Shown piece after piece: positions 28,604 to 43,640 of a stretch of 64,000 nucleotides of DNA. The translations under genes and the position numbers were made by a program. This stretch comes from Chrysomallon squamiferum (lineage: Eukaryota; Animalia; Mollusca), in NCBI GenBank assembly GCA_012295275.1, contig CM022672.1, positions 16,182,001 through 16,246,000 on the forward strand, read 5' to 3'. How positions within the stretch are numbered: the stretch's first letter is position 1; each line of letters begins with the position of its first letter. Under the pieces are notes generated by a model. The model was not told the DNA's origin, made no database searches, and saw only the letters and a program-made list of their open reading frames with translations.

Positions 28604-31600
28604 ATGACATCCAGACTTTCAGTAAACAACAATGGGAAGTCTGTTCCTGGTGTTAAGGATGACAATAATTCACACTTTGATGAAAAACGAATGAACAGAG
28701 TTCTGCATACTGTGTTTTCCATTCTTGTTGTTGACTTGTTGGCATTCACAGTCATTCTACCTCTCCTACCCTCACTGCTCGATCACTATGGAAACAATGG
28801 GCAGGTAAGTCATTACTGAATAAGTTTATTTTAGTTCTTTAAATTTGTTCACTCTGACATTATTATACATATTTAAAAAAAACAAAAACAAACAACAACA
28901 CATTCTGACATTATTATGAATATTTTTAAATCAAAACAAAAATTTCATTCTGACATTATTATACACTGTATGACTTGCAGATAAACATTTATTTTTTATA
29001 CATCAAAACACATTATAAAATGAAATATATATACGGAGATAGAATTGTTCCTTTTACATGAAACTCACCATATTGCCATGTACTGATGTGACTTCCCATT
29101 TAACTATTTATATTGCTTTTCCAAACTCTAATTGGATACTCTTGGGCTGTTGTGACATTGTTTATATAAAATTTTGTTTTATAGATAGATAGATAGATAG
29201 ATATTAAACAAAAATTATATAAATAATCATATGTTCCAGTCAGTATATATAAATAAAACATTTCTGTTTTCCCCCACAGGATAGTTTATATACAATTCTA
29301 CACAATTCTGTGCAGTCATTCCGAGTTTTTGTTGGAGCACCAGACACACCAAGATGGAATGGTGTTCTTTTTGGAGGTGGGTCTTTCAATTCATATTCAA
29401 AAATATGTTTTATGTATGTATGTCTTTCAGTTTATATGTTTTAAATATGTTTTATATATGTATGTAGCATGCTGTGTCAGGTATAGAAGCTAAATACATT
29501 TGTGCATTCTGCAAAATGATTATTTTATTGTTTCCCTATCACCAACCTTTGCTAATGATAAAATTCCGCTAAGGTCTTATTTTACACTGTTTTACTAGCC
29601 TTAAATTCAATTTGCTGACCACTGTACATTTAGAGTAGATAAATGAATGTTTTTTGTTTGTTAAATTTAATGTATTAGGCTAAATGTGTAGGATTCTAGC
29701 AAAAGTTGTGATGGGTCATTTGACAGTTTTTAAAAGCACTTAAAAATTAATAATTGCTATTGATCTCCTAATAAATGATGTGCTTTATTGAGTTAAATGT
29801 CCTGTTCTTTGTTAATGTTGTCAAGCTGTTGAAATTACTACTGGGTAACTGAAAAATATTTCTTAAGACCAAAGGTTTTCACCCTTGCATTTTTCTACCC
29901 ATCTTGAATAACTGCTACCTATGGTTTTATTTTCATTTAGGATCCAGTTTCCTAATAATAAATATTTGTATTTGTAGTGAACTCTCTGACTAGTGGTGTG
30001 GTATGGTATGGTACATTGTGTTTTCTAATTATTTATTATTTTTATTTGTAATCTCAGGTCTGATTGGCTCCCTCTTTTCCATGCTGCAGTTTCTGTCCTC
30101 ACCTATCATTGGTGCAGCCTCTGATATATATGGTCGAAAGCCCATGATGCTATTGTGTATGGTAAGTTTTGTGACAAAAACATAATATTGTTTCTTCATA
30201 TGTAAAGTTTTTCAGTTTTTATGATGTTACTGGTGGACAACAACCACTTCTCATATAATGTATACTTATTATCTCATCACTGAAATGATGTATCTCTCAT
30301 CTTGTGTTTGTAGGTTGGTGTGGCAGTGTCTTATGCTGTGTGGGCTGTCTCCTCTAATTTTACTCTGTTTGTAATAGCCCGTGTGATTGGTGGAATCAGT
30401 AAAGGAAACATCAGCTTGTCCACAGCTATTGTTGCTGATGTTTCTCCGCCCGAAAAGAGAGGGAAAGGAATGGTTTGTATTCAATATTGTTGTTATCACT
30501 GGGCTGGAACAAAAGAGTGTGTTTTGTGTTTCTAGTCATGTATAATGAAATAACACACATGACTGAAGTATATGACTTACATACACATTCTGAAATGCAG
30601 ACAAATATCTAAATATTGTCTTTGAATTTCACTTTAAAATCCCTAAGAATGTTTCTTCTAACCCAGTATTTTGTTAGTAATTTGTATGTTCATAGTTCAT
30701 TTGTCCAGTCAAATATTTTCATTAAACCTTCTAGTAAAACAGAATACATTTAAGAAATTTAAAATTCTTATAGATATCCTTTCAGACCCTGAGAAAAGAA
30801 CAAAAATTAATTTGCTTTATCTTTATATGGACATTTCTCCACACAGGAAAACACACTACCAGTGTCATTTAAAAAGTTAAACTTAGATTTTACTAAATCA
30901 TTTCAAAATTGATACTGAAATGAAAAAGAACAATTAAAAATGATTTAAAGGAACAAATGTGACAAAATCTTTTAATGATAATATTTCACATTTTTAATTT
31001 TTTCTTGTCTGTTTATTGTAAATAAAAAAAACTTCATTATTAGATTCTGAGATTTTTTTTAAAACTCCACAAAACGAGAAAACAGCACAGAAGATTGTAT
31101 GTCAGTGTAATCTCTGTATAAATAGATTAAACAAACACATACTTATAAGAGAGGTACTTGAAAGATGTGACTAGAAACAACTCAACAGGTGTAACATGGA
31201 AAAATGATCCTGCATTCTTAAACAACATTAAAATACTTATTTGTTCTTCGAGGATATAATCTGTACATTCTGTCATATGTTTTATTTTTATTGTGTTTGA
31301 TTTTATTTCAGGCTATGATAGGAATAGCATTCTCTATTGGTTTTGTGTTTGGTCCGTCTATTGGCGCAATGTTTTCTCTGATGGCCAAGGAATCGACTCT
31401 GTTCTTTGTGTTACCTGCTCTGTTTGCTCTTGTGTTGGGTGTGTCTGATGTTCTGCTAGTTAAGCTGTATCTAGAGGAGACCCTCCCACCTCAAAAGAGG
31501 GTGAGTCTTCTTGCTTTTATTACAGAGCAAGTTTATAATTACGTTAAAAGCAGAGTGAATGAAGATGTTTTAAAATTTGTAATGAGATTTGAAAGCATTA

Positions 31601-34600
31601 CTGCATTTTTTATTATGTATCTATTTTATATAAATATATGCTGTTTCAGTGCCTGGTTTTTCTGTATAGAATACATAAATAATCCCTTTGGATATAAATA
31701 TTGCAGTAAACACAACATAATTAAACTGTTAAGATGTAGTGAGATAATGATGATGATAATTATGATGATGGTGACTGTCATCATCATCATGGTCATTTCT
31801 ATTAAAATTATTATTTTTATTATTATTATAACTATTGTTCTCATTTCATCATCATCATCATTATTTTAATTTAATTTTTTGCTTATTTGTGATGATATAG
31901 TGATATGATGTTAATTATTGTTACATTTATAAAAAAAATAAAAAAACTACTTTTTGATTTCACTCTGATTAAAGTTACAAATGCCTAAACCAAAGTTAAC
32001 TAAAAGTTAAAGTTTTTGTATTTTCAGTCAAAACGTGTTGAGTCCATTTTCCAAAATGCTAGTCAGTACATTAACCCTGTCTCTCTGTTTAACTTCACAG
32101 CAGTAAAACATTTACGAGAAGAAAGTAAGTATGCAGATTAAACTTTTTTTTTTTAATTTACTATGCATTTGTTACTACACATTTTTTTACTACAGTTTTT
32201 ACCATTATTAAATTTACTATCACTACTTATATTATTAGTATAATGTTTATTATTATTGTTGTTGTTGTTGTTATATATTCCAATGTTTTCACATTTCATT
32301 TCAGATTACAAATCAGTGAGGAGAATTGGTGTTGTTTATTTTTTGTTTTTGTTTATTTATTCCGGTCTTGAGTTTACTTTGCCGTTTTTGATGTACAACA
32401 GATTCCAATATGGCAGGTAAACTGTTTCCAGAGTTTATTTTAATTATAATAACAATATTTTTCACGATACAAGTTAGATATTGCTTTAAAAATGCACATG
32501 CTTGATTCGGATAATATTAAACCTGTTTTACTTTAATCTCCTTATACTTTAATTTCTTATGAAAACAAGGTATATTTCACAACTGGTAATGGTTTTGTCA
32601 AACAACTATACATTCACTCATTACATATTCATTGACAGGTAAATAGTTGTGAATAATCACTCATCTCTCTGTGATTTGTAATAAATGATAGTGTTTTTCT
32701 TTATGAATCATTTAAAATAAATGTAAATGTAGTTTTTGTTTTATAGAATGGACAGAAATTAAAGATAATTGACAATGAATTTCAATAAATGTGTTTATAT
32801 TAATTTAATAAGATTTTAAAAAATCCTTTTGTTCTCTTAATGTCAGATTTAATAAAAATTGTTATTTATTTTTTTCACTTATTCCAGCATGCAGCAAGGA
32901 AAAATGTTTTTGTTTATTGGAAGTGTAATGGCTTTAGTCCAAGGTTAGTAATAAACTGGATGAAGATTATATCTACATGTTTTTTTTTTTTAATGTAAAT
33001 TATACATATGATTCTTTACTAATAATAAAGATTACTGTTTTGGTTTATTGGAAGTGTGGAGACTTTAGTCTAAGATGAGTAATAAAATGTATGAATGTTA
33101 CATGTACATTTAACACCCCCAGAAAACCCATAATATCATTCTTTACTACTAATAAAGTATTATTGTTACATGATAAGATCATGTAGATTTCAGTTTTCAA
33201 AGGATATGTAAGTTTTGTCGCTGATTTACCATGATTGTTTTGGTTGTTTTATAGTGAAAACCAGAATTTAGAAACTAAACAAAAAATGATTAGTAATATA
33301 TAAGGTATGCCTAGGTAGTAATCAATTAAAATTGTTGTGTTTACCAGGTGGTTATGTCAGAAGAGTGAAAGCTGGAAAAGAGTTAAAAGTGGCAGCTCAT
33401 GTGAGTATTTTCTTAATAATTTAGTATATTTTATTTAATATCTGGCTTTTCTCCCTCTCTTCTGCTCTTACTTTTGTTTTTTAATCACGAAAACAGCCAG
33501 GCAGCTACACACATTCATATTACCTAAAAAATAAATAAAGAAAAGAAAATTTTCAGTCATATAACTAATAATAATAAATTATTTTTAAAAATTAAAAGTT
33601 ATTAATATTTTTCAAATACCTCATTTATATATATGTATTTGTTTGATCTATCTGAACATTGCTTACCCTAATAATATAATCTCATCTGTGTTTTTATTTT
33701 TATAATTTTCAGGGAATACTGATACTGATACCTTCATTCCTGTTAATGGCATTTACAACATCTATTTATTTGATGTATCTCGGCTTGGCTCTTTTTTCAT
33801 TTGGTGAGGGGTTTTTTTGTTTTTTTGATTTCACACACATGCAGACACACACATGCAGATGCACATACACTCACACACACATACTCACACAAACACATAA
33901 TCACACACACACACATACTGTTATTACTGGTTTAGATTTTGTATTTTACTTATATTTACAGGTTTAGCCATATCACACACACACACACACACACATGTAC
34001 ATATACATCAGCATGACACTGTTATTACTAATTTAGATTTTTACTTATTCTTACGGGTTTAGCCATATCACACATACTCACAAACACACACACACACACA
34101 CACCATGTTATTACTGATTTGTATTTTACTCTGTTTACAGGTTCTGCCACTGTTGTGCCCTGTCTCACCACACTGCTGTCTATACACGGCCGAGCTGATC
34201 AGAAAGGAGCCATCATGGGAATATTTCGTTCACTCGGGGCGCTAGCCAGAGCTGTAGGTCCTGTCTTTGCCTCTACAGGTAAATCATTTCATGTTAACAT
34301 ATACACAGCTGTCATTAGTAGTCATATTAACATGTACACAGTCATTCATAAATAATCATATTAACATATACACAGTCATTCATAAATAGTCATGTTAACA
34401 TGTACACAGATGTTCAAAAATAATCATATTAACATATACACAGCTGTCATTAATAGTCATTTTAACATGTACACAGCCATTCATAAACAGTCATATTATA
34501 TGTACTCAGTTATTCATAAATCACTGATCTTGATAAATATGTTTTGTAAATCAATGTCACAATTTCTTAACTTTAAGACTAGATGTATTTTGTTGTTTTA

Positions 34601-34947
34601 ATTTATATATTTTTTTAAATGTTACCTGACATAAGATGCAAGAAAAAAATATGTAAGACATTATTAATTACTAATGATTTAAGTTATTATTATTAGAAAA
34701 CATTGGTCTCCATAATTCTTCAGAAACTAAAAAAAACAACAAAAAAAAACAAATCCCACCCACATACAGAATTAAACCAGAATTACTAGTACATGTGTCC
34801 TGTAATTTTTTTTATTATTTTTAAAATTATTTTTCAGTGTACTGGAGTTGTGGGGAGATTGTTTGTTATTCCACTGGAGGAGTGTTTATGCTTCTACCCC
34901 TGTTACTTGTGTTAGGTATGAAGTCAGTGAAACCGGTAACAGATTAA
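28604..34947 (+). CDS. MFSD10: Major facilitator superfamily domain-containing protein 10 (TETRAN-like transporter), 12 coding exons, 468 aa
   Basis: Exons 28604-28804, 29280-29376, 30058-30161, 30314-30472, 31312-31500, 32028-32124, 32305-32416, 32888-32943, 33348-33400, 33713-33803, 34141-34278 and 34838-34947. All introns are GT-AG, phases are consistent and the total is 1407 nt. Motifs: DLLAFTVILPLLP, GSLFSMLQFLSSPIIGAASDIYGRKP (MFS motif A), GGISKGN, SGLEFTL, GIFRSLGALARAVGP. Confidence 0.93.
34290..34520. repeat. About 34-bp degenerate minisatellite (about 7 copies) in the last MFSD10 intron
   Basis: Recurring tcatattaacat(a/g)tacacagtcattcataaata. Confidence 0.85.
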
Positions 34948-37900
34948 AATACAATTAATTTAAATAATAATTATTATTTATATATATATATATATATATG
35001 CACACACAGACATGTGTGCTCATTCATATATGCATAGCTGCAGAGACAGAATTGGGTATTTTGAGATCCAATGCCAGTGCTTCTTAACGTGATGAATTGT
35101 TTGTCCAAGGATGAGTAAGCCTTGAAAAGACAGTTATTAAAACATAAGGAATTTAAGTCATTCCTGAATTAAATTTTGTGATAACAAGTGAAGGAGTCAT
35201 TTTAGTTCAGTTTTTATTTTATTTTAATGTTGTTTAATTCCTGTGTATCAGCCCTGAATGCTTTCAAATTATGGGAAACTGTAAAGGTCCTGTTAGAGAA
35301 AGGGTGATGTAAATTAGTCCATGTTTTTTTAATGTTAACTTGACTTCATGTTTTGTTTTTCTTGTATTTAAATCTGGCTCTGCTGGCTAGCTGGTTCCAT
35401 GACACAGGTGTTGAAAAATATCTATTTTTATTTTTTGTTTATCTATTTTTATAATAATAATTTCAGCAAATCAAAATGCTGGATAATTCTGTATTTGCTG
35501 AATTGTTATGTATCATTTTGATCACTAAATTATAATGAATAATTCTGAATCATGTTGTATAATTTTCAATGGTGTAAAGATAACCAAAATAATAATAAAT
35601 AATTGAAATAAATTCAAATGTTAAATAATTTTAAACATGTGCCAATTAATTATAAAAAATAAATTGTAAATAATTCTGATTATTGAAAATAATTATTGCA
35701 TAATTAAATTATATAATATCTATCAGTAGTAAATACTCAAAAACGAATCCCTTATCAAAAGACATACAAAGAACAGAAATTAAATCTGTTTACACACCTT
35801 TATCATTTTAGTATATTTTTGTATAATCAGTTTTATTTGTGTGGTTTTATCCACTGTTTTTGTATTTGTATACATGTATATATACCTCCATATATCTCTG
35901 GTGTTACAGTCTCTTGTTATATTTTTTTAAGCTATATTTCATATCATATTTTCCATGGCACATGGGTTCATGTGTTCCTTGTAATATTGTTTAAGAATTG
36001 TTACCGTTTTTACTGATGTATAAGTCTCTTTTGAAGTATTGCTTTGAAAATTTGCAAAAATCAACTCAGTGGATTACACATGCATTATGCATAGCATAGA
36101 TACTTCTGATAAACAAAATAATAAATAATTAAAAAAAACATTTGTATGTATATATATATTAAAATTTAAGATGCTTATTTACAAAAACTCTTATTATATT
36201 TATCATTCACAAATGATAAAAAATCTTGTATTTTCATATCAGGTGTCTCATAATATAAAGTTGACAAAATAAACTGTTATGTTTTTTAGTGTCATGTACA
36301 CAAACCAAACATTTTTATGTTGAATTCACGTACAAAAAAAGTACAACATAAACACGAGTATATACAGCAGATGTCAGTGTCTTGAACAAAAATAATTATG
36401 AGAGCCATCTACTTTTAACTACCATTCCAACAAAGTATTTGTCAGCCCTTGAGTTTATACATCTAGTCAGGAATGCATACATAAATTCCAGAAAAAAACG
36501 TTGCATCATTATTGCAATGTGTGTAACTTTAAGGATAACACAGTTTCTGTATAAAGCAAAATAAAACATCTGATGCATGCCCCCTCCAACTCGATGTGGG
36601 GGATATTTATCTGATGCATCCCCCCTCCAACTGGATCCACTTAACCCTGATACCCTGGTGAGTGATTGGTAACAGTAGTTTCTATGTCGTGATAAAGTAA
36701 GTCAATATTAGTAGTGGGTCAAAGTTTGTAGGAGGTGACTGAATTGTATTATATTTATGGGTGATGGGTGACTGTAAATTACTATGTTTTACTTTTGTTC
36801 ATTAAATAATAATTTCAATATAATTTTTATTTTTATTTTCTGGTAATGGGGTTCTGTTTCTTACGTAATTTAATTTTGATTACAGTGTAAATTGCAAAGT
36901 TGCAGGAAACTGTGCTTCATCCAATTTAGAATCTAATCAAAATTAAATTTGACTCATAATTGCTCTATTCTGTTTTTCTTTTCTATTTTAATATTCATTT
37001 TATTAAGTTAAAGTCTTATTTTTAACTCAGATAAATGAAGTTTATTAACAACATGCACAAGATTTTCATCATTGTTTGGTGTTAAAAAAACAAAAATCTA
37101 TTATATATACATATCCAAAAAAACAAACAAAAAGAAACAAATATTGAAAGGATCGAAATGTTAACAGCAACGGCTTTTTTTAAATATATATTTAGCTTCC
37201 AACTTCAACATTAATCTTTGATTTGAACTTGTGGGGAAGCAGTTTGGAATGGGAAAAATCCCAGATAGAACTGTTGAAATTAGTTAGCAATAGCTCATTA
37301 TATGAACAAGTCTTGGGTAAATAATGTCACACTTTTTCTCACCTGAAAGTTTCATTACGATCTCAGTCATTAACACAAACATACTCTGTGTAATGCAGTT
37401 TTTGTAACATGTTTATATATTTTTCTGTTATTTATACTTTAAGTCTTGTAGAAATTTTTTATTTCTGCCCATTTGATGCACAAAGACATAACATGCAAGT
37501 CCCAACATAATTATACAAACCACAAGTTTTAAATCTGCATTTAATTGTTTTTAGTTCATAATGTACTCCAGATTTTATGCTAATTTTATAAATGGCATAA
37601 ATTTATATTCCACTGCATGTTACTCAAATATTAAATTTTTTTTTTTTTTACATTTAGCTTGTCATATCAATTCATATATTAATATTCAAAAGTTATTTTA
37701 CTTTTTGTACACCTTTGTTTTTTTCAGAAATCATTTTCTTTTGTTTATATGTTAGAAATATTATTTCTGAATGTTTATGTGACTCTTGTACCTAAATAAT
37801 GTTAAAATTTACTTGCTGTTCCTTGGCAATGCAATATACAGGCTTGAATCAGCAGTGTGAAGGATTATTATCAGTTATAAGTAAATGAACATTTGTTTTA

Positions 37901-38230
37901 TATACATACAGACACACATACCTACATACCTGTTTGAGCAGAATGTAATCAAATTATTTAATTTTAAAAGCAAATCAGAATCAAATGAACATGGAGATTT
38001 CAGTTTACAAGTTTTTATTTTCATGCCAGGCTGTTTTTGCTGTTTTCTTTGTATTTGTTAGTTCTGTATACAAGTTAAGATATTCATTTTATACCTATTA
38101 ATTTTACCCTAGGGCGAAACCTTTTAGAAATTGCTTTTTTATATTTTTGTTTATTAATATTTCTTTTAAAAAGAATTTAGACTGAATTTAAGAATATTGT
38201 TTATTTTATTTTATTTTATTTTATTTTATT

Positions 38231-38342
<112 letters not shown>

Positions 38343-38826
38343 TATGCATCTTAAACATTGAATTTAATGTTGATATGTCTTTTTTCACTGTAATGTGCCA
38401 TGAATATATTTTTAAAACGTTTTATGAATTAGCCATTTTTTTATATTGTAATATTAATACCAGGTTCATCACTGCCAGAAACTTGCCAATTAATCATCAT
38501 CTATTTTTTGTTTGTTTTACATTTCTAATGTGTATTTAAGATGTTAGCTATTTCAAGAAGTTTCTCATACAAAAGCCTCATTATGAAATATTTATCTCAA
38601 TGTATATTTTTTCAAATAGATTGAATTAGTTTTATTTGTAGTAATTTATTAAATCTAGTCAATTGAACAAATGAAAATATGCTATGATATATTGTCAATG
38701 ACTAAGTTTCCATTATTAACATCCAGTAAGAAATGTTCATACAATTTCCGTCAGTGGTTGTAACAAAACGCAACGTAAATAAAGTCTATAAAGACTGGGT
38801 TTCCGTTACGTGTATGTTTTTATGTA

Positions 38827-38869
<43 letters not shown>

Positions 38870-39030
38870 ATAATAATAAAATAATTTGACTGAATGAGAG
38901 TTCAGAACAGACTGAGTACAAACAAATTGTAAAGGAAAATGTTTATGAAATTAAAAACTAATTTTACTGCAATATACAATTAATTTAAAAAATAATAAAT
39001 AGAAATGAAAATAACGTTTTTGATTTTTTA

Positions 39031-39083
<53 letters not shown>

Positions 39084-40559
39084 TTTTTAATAAATCAAAC
39101 AGGATTCACATTCAGAACTTGAAAGAAATGATTAATTAAATCATTTTTAGTTTCCAAGGAATCTGAAATCTTAAAATTTTTTGACATAATGTTGTTATTA
39201 TTATTTTTCATTTCCTTGTGTTCTTCAAACTGTTCTACATCTAAATTTATTTATCAACATCAATCTTCTTCTGTGATTCCAAGCTTACATGACCTTTTTT
39301 ATAACTTTATAGTTTTTTGAATTTTAGATGAATATTTAATAGATAATATGCAAATCTCAGTATAATTATATAAACCACAAGTTTTTGATTTCTACTTTTT
39401 TGATTCTTATTGTATTTTATCTTTAATTTATTACATTGAACTGGACATGGTGTGTGCAAACAAAAGTTTTAAATTTTTCCTGATGATTAATTTATGAATT
39501 ATAATGAAGTAAACATTCCTAATAATAAAGTAGGATAATTGTAAATCTAGACACAAAACTCATATTTTAAAATCTAATCTATACTCATTCATTATTTTAT
39601 TTTAAAACAAATAACTATACAACAAATCAAAGTGACAGTTAACTCTTTCTCAAAGTCTCAGACAGTATGCAGGTTGCCTTTAAAGAAAATGGGAACAAAG
39701 TGAAAAAGATTTGCCAACCCTAAATTAGACTATGTTTGCCTTACCATAACAAACATTTTAAATGTATTTATATATTATGCTTAAATATTTACATTAATTA
39801 TAATTTATATTGCCTAAATGATTACTAGTATATTATAATTCATTATAATTTATTATAATTTAGATTATATTTCATTTATTAGATGACGAATATTAGACAG
39901 CAGTACCAAAAGTGCATGAAATAAACAAGTGTTCACAAAATGTTCTTGCTTCTTTATTAAATATGTTATAAATAATTTGCATATTAATATTATACCCTAT
40001 TTATACAATGTTTTATCATTAGATTTTAAATAAACTTATTTAGATTTTTGAACCAGTTGTTTGTTTTATATGTCTCGACTTGCTCTTTTTCTTTCTTTCT
40101 TTCTTGATTAAGTTCTGAGTTAATGAATCAATGAATATTTAAAAAAAAAAAAAAAAAAAAGTTTATTAATGATCATAAAATATTTTTATGTTATTTGAAA
40201 AAAAAAATAAATAAAAAAATAAACAACCCCAAAACCAGCTGACAGAATTATTTTATTACAGAACTTGTTAACAGCGTCTGAAGTTCGTAACGGCATGCGT
40301 GGTTCTGGGCCACGTGATCCCTGTGCAGAGTTTAATCAGAGATACAAAAGACATCGGACTATTCACTGATACATACAAAAGTATACAGATATACAGACGG
40401 ACAGACAGTCATGCTGACAGGCAGACAGTCATGCTGACAGGCAGACAGACAAACACCCAGACCTATTCTGTCCTACGCGTTCCAGTGCGTTCCCGAATAT
40501 TATTTGTTTGCAGTCTAATGAGAAATACGGAAGCCAGAGAATATTCATGCCTAAATACT

Positions 40560-40572
40560 TACATTACATACA

Positions 40573-40603
<31 letters not shown>

Positions 40604-40745
40604 CATACATACATACATACATACATACATACATACATACATACATACATACATACATACGTACGTACATACATGCATTACATACATACATACATATATA
40701 CATTACATTACATTACATACATACATACATACATATATATATATA
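40560..40745. repeat. (TACA)n microsatellite
   Basis: Long atac/taca run; explains the spurious YIHT ORFs. Confidence 0.95.
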
Positions 40746-41193
40746 TGTAAAATTATCCTCCATCTTTCTTTGAAAAATAAATTTTGAAAGTGTTGTAGCC
40801 AGACATTCCATTCACACAAAACCCCAAAATATATAGCAATATTGTTTTTCGTTGTTTTTTTTTACCTTAAAAAAGAAATCTAACTATTTTTAGAACGTTT
40901 TAAAACTATTCATGTGCTCTGAAAATACGCGATGAGTACTCATGAACTTACTTACATGATGCATATTCGTTCAGGTTATGCTGGTTTTAAGCTGTATCAG
41001 TCTGTGATGTCTCATTCATTAAGATTTTTTCGGGGTGCAGAAGTCAACAAACAGAAACAAACGTCCCTGACATTGACATAGAAATACAGTTTCTAATCCA
41101 CCTGGATCACTTTTCGTCTAGTCTCAGGATTCAGTGTGTGAACAATTTATGCATTATCTTGTCTGAAATATTATACGGTTCACAGAAAAGATT

Positions 41194-41265
<72 letters not shown>

Positions 41266-42512
41266 TTGGAACATGCTGAGACAAATATTTAAATATCGGA
41301 CTCTACACACACACACACACACACACGTATGTATATGTAAGTATATAAGTAAGATCCTCGTGTCGCCTTTCTCCAAACTTTCCCTCACCTTTCCTACTAA
41401 TTCATTCCCCCCCCCTTTCTCCGGTACCTTCTAAACTATTTCCCACCCGTTCCCGTGCGTTATTCACCCCCTCACGCATTCTTTCGGAACGTACGGAAGA
41501 CCTCTCTTAGACGATGACGTCACTTAATGTCCGTCGTGGTAGTAGCGGTGATTTGGCGTTCAGTATTTATGACAAAACTCATTGTCGGGTTCAGCCGAGG
41601 TAACTGGGTGAATCAAAGTTTACCGCTGTGTCATGGTAAACACTGAAACCAGGCGCGGGCCCAGGGGAGAACCGCACCTCTCTGACTCGTCCCTGCTTGT
41701 CACAGTTTGTTCTATTCATTCTTAACTAATGTAGACTATTTCTATACGTGCATACACATTTACACGCACGCATACACACAATCATATATCTCTGCAACGG
41801 CATGCGTTTATAATGCATACATACATACATACATCTATACATACATACATACATTTATACATACAACATATATACATATATGCTTAAATTATATTTTAAT
41901 ATCAGCACATTTAAATGACTTTATTTTGTGAAATATTTAAGAACGAGAGAGGTTAGATATAATAATAAATAATAATAAAAATAAAATAGATAAATAAGTA
42001 AAATAAATAAATAGAAATAAAAAATAAAAATAAAAACATCTGCCCAAAACGTCTGTTGTTGTTGTATTAATAATAAATACATACACATACATACACACGT
42101 GTAAATAATATAGTTAACTAAACACTCAGTATCTTATTGCTTTGATTAGCTGTCTTGCTCAGTATCTCTAACCAAAGGACTGTTTAGTATTTTTTCACTG
42201 TGTGGCAATGCACATGGCTTAGAACAGTAATCACTGCTGAACTCTACAAAAGTCAACACATCTTTTTTTATTTTGTTTTATTTTTTATTGTTTTTTTTTA
42301 TTATTATTATTTGTGTTTGTTTCTGATTCAGAATTGACTGTGTTCACGTTTTTGTTACGCTTTGCAGTGGGGAAGATTTACACGGGTTCATTCTGAGGAC
42401 ACGACTTCTGCATGGTTTGTGCCGAGTTCACACTCATAACGCATGCGTACTCTTTCATTCCATCGAGAACGCCAAATTTAGCATAAATAGTAATAATACC
42501 GATTTCAGTTAA

Positions 42513-42553
<41 letters not shown>

Positions 42554-43300
42554 AGTGTGTTTGTGTGTATAGGCCTATATGATGATCAGTAATAATTTTG
42601 TTTTAATACAAGCACAGTGTTGAAATTACTTTATTTTGTAAAATATTTAAGGAATAAAGAAAGATGCAATACAAAATAATAATAAAAGGAAAATAGATTA
42701 ATAAGTAAATGAATATATAAAAAATTAAGAAAAACAATTACCTCCCCCCAAAAAACCCCATTAATAACAACTCCCCAAAACCGTCTGTTGTCGTCGTTGT
42801 TGTTGTTGTTATTATTATTATTATACTCTCTTGGCTTTGTCCATACTATGCCTCATTTTTTTTTTTTTTTTTTTTTCTCTTTTGAAATGTATATTACTAC
42901 GGTCATAACTCGTTATGTAAATATAAATAACGAAGAGAGTGACGATAAAAAAAATGTTGCCATTCGTGATGATGTTCATTATTTTATCAGCAGCAAGGAG
43001 CCGTTGTTAAGAGGCAATATTATGTCACGTCTGAGACGCCCGTTTTGGGGAACTATTTGGACTGGGAAACAGAACAAAATGACTCACGCTAGCGCTCTAA
43101 CCATTGGACTACGGTGCTTCGTACTGCGTTTAACACACAACTCTTTGTTAACTTACGGAAGAACTCAAGTCTTGTGTCCGTCACAGTAACCTCTTTCTGC
43201 GGGGAATGTCAGACGTTGTCCAATGCAAGATCCTTTATTTCTTTGGCTGAAGAATTCTACTTCCGTTCTGATCATCGCTGCATTTACTGGTTCCTTTTAA

Positions 43301-43317
43301 AGGTCACGTTAAGGTCA
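43301..43317 (+). promoter_or_regulatory. Perfect DR5 retinoic acid response element (RARE) candidate
   Basis: AGGTCA cgtta AGGTCA, about 5.6 kb upstream of the CYP26 TATA box. Confidence 0.7.
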
Positions 43318-43597
43318 GTTAATCTCCTAGGTAAAGATGACCCAGGTTTTAAACTCCAGTTTAGAAATTAGTAAAGTCATGAACCTCGTTTTTTGTTTGA
43401 TTTCTATAATTCGTCAATTAAAAAAAAAAAAAAAAAAAAAAAAAATTATTTTTTTCTTTTATTTAGTTTCTTATTTTTAATATTAATTTTTTTTTATTTA
43501 TTTAATTACTTTCCTGCCTTTATAACTGTTTGCTTTTGCGGTTGTTTTATTTATTTATTTTAAAGGAATTAAGAAATGAATTTTGAACAGCTTTTGT

Positions 43598-43640
<43 letters not shown>

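Noticed and set aside
31501-31869. Apparent long extension of the MFSD10 exon 5 ORF
   Set aside because: Read-through into the intron past the AGG|GTGAGT donor at 31501; low-complexity sequence.
40299-40787. 162-aa ORF with YIHT repeats, and similar SLSL, CVCV, poly-N and poly-L ORFs elsewhere
   Set aside because: Translations of microsatellites.
42788-43371. 133-aa and 85-aa ORFs upstream of CYP26
   Set aside because: Non-ATG starts, low-complexity N-terminus and no domain; the region is better explained as regulatory.
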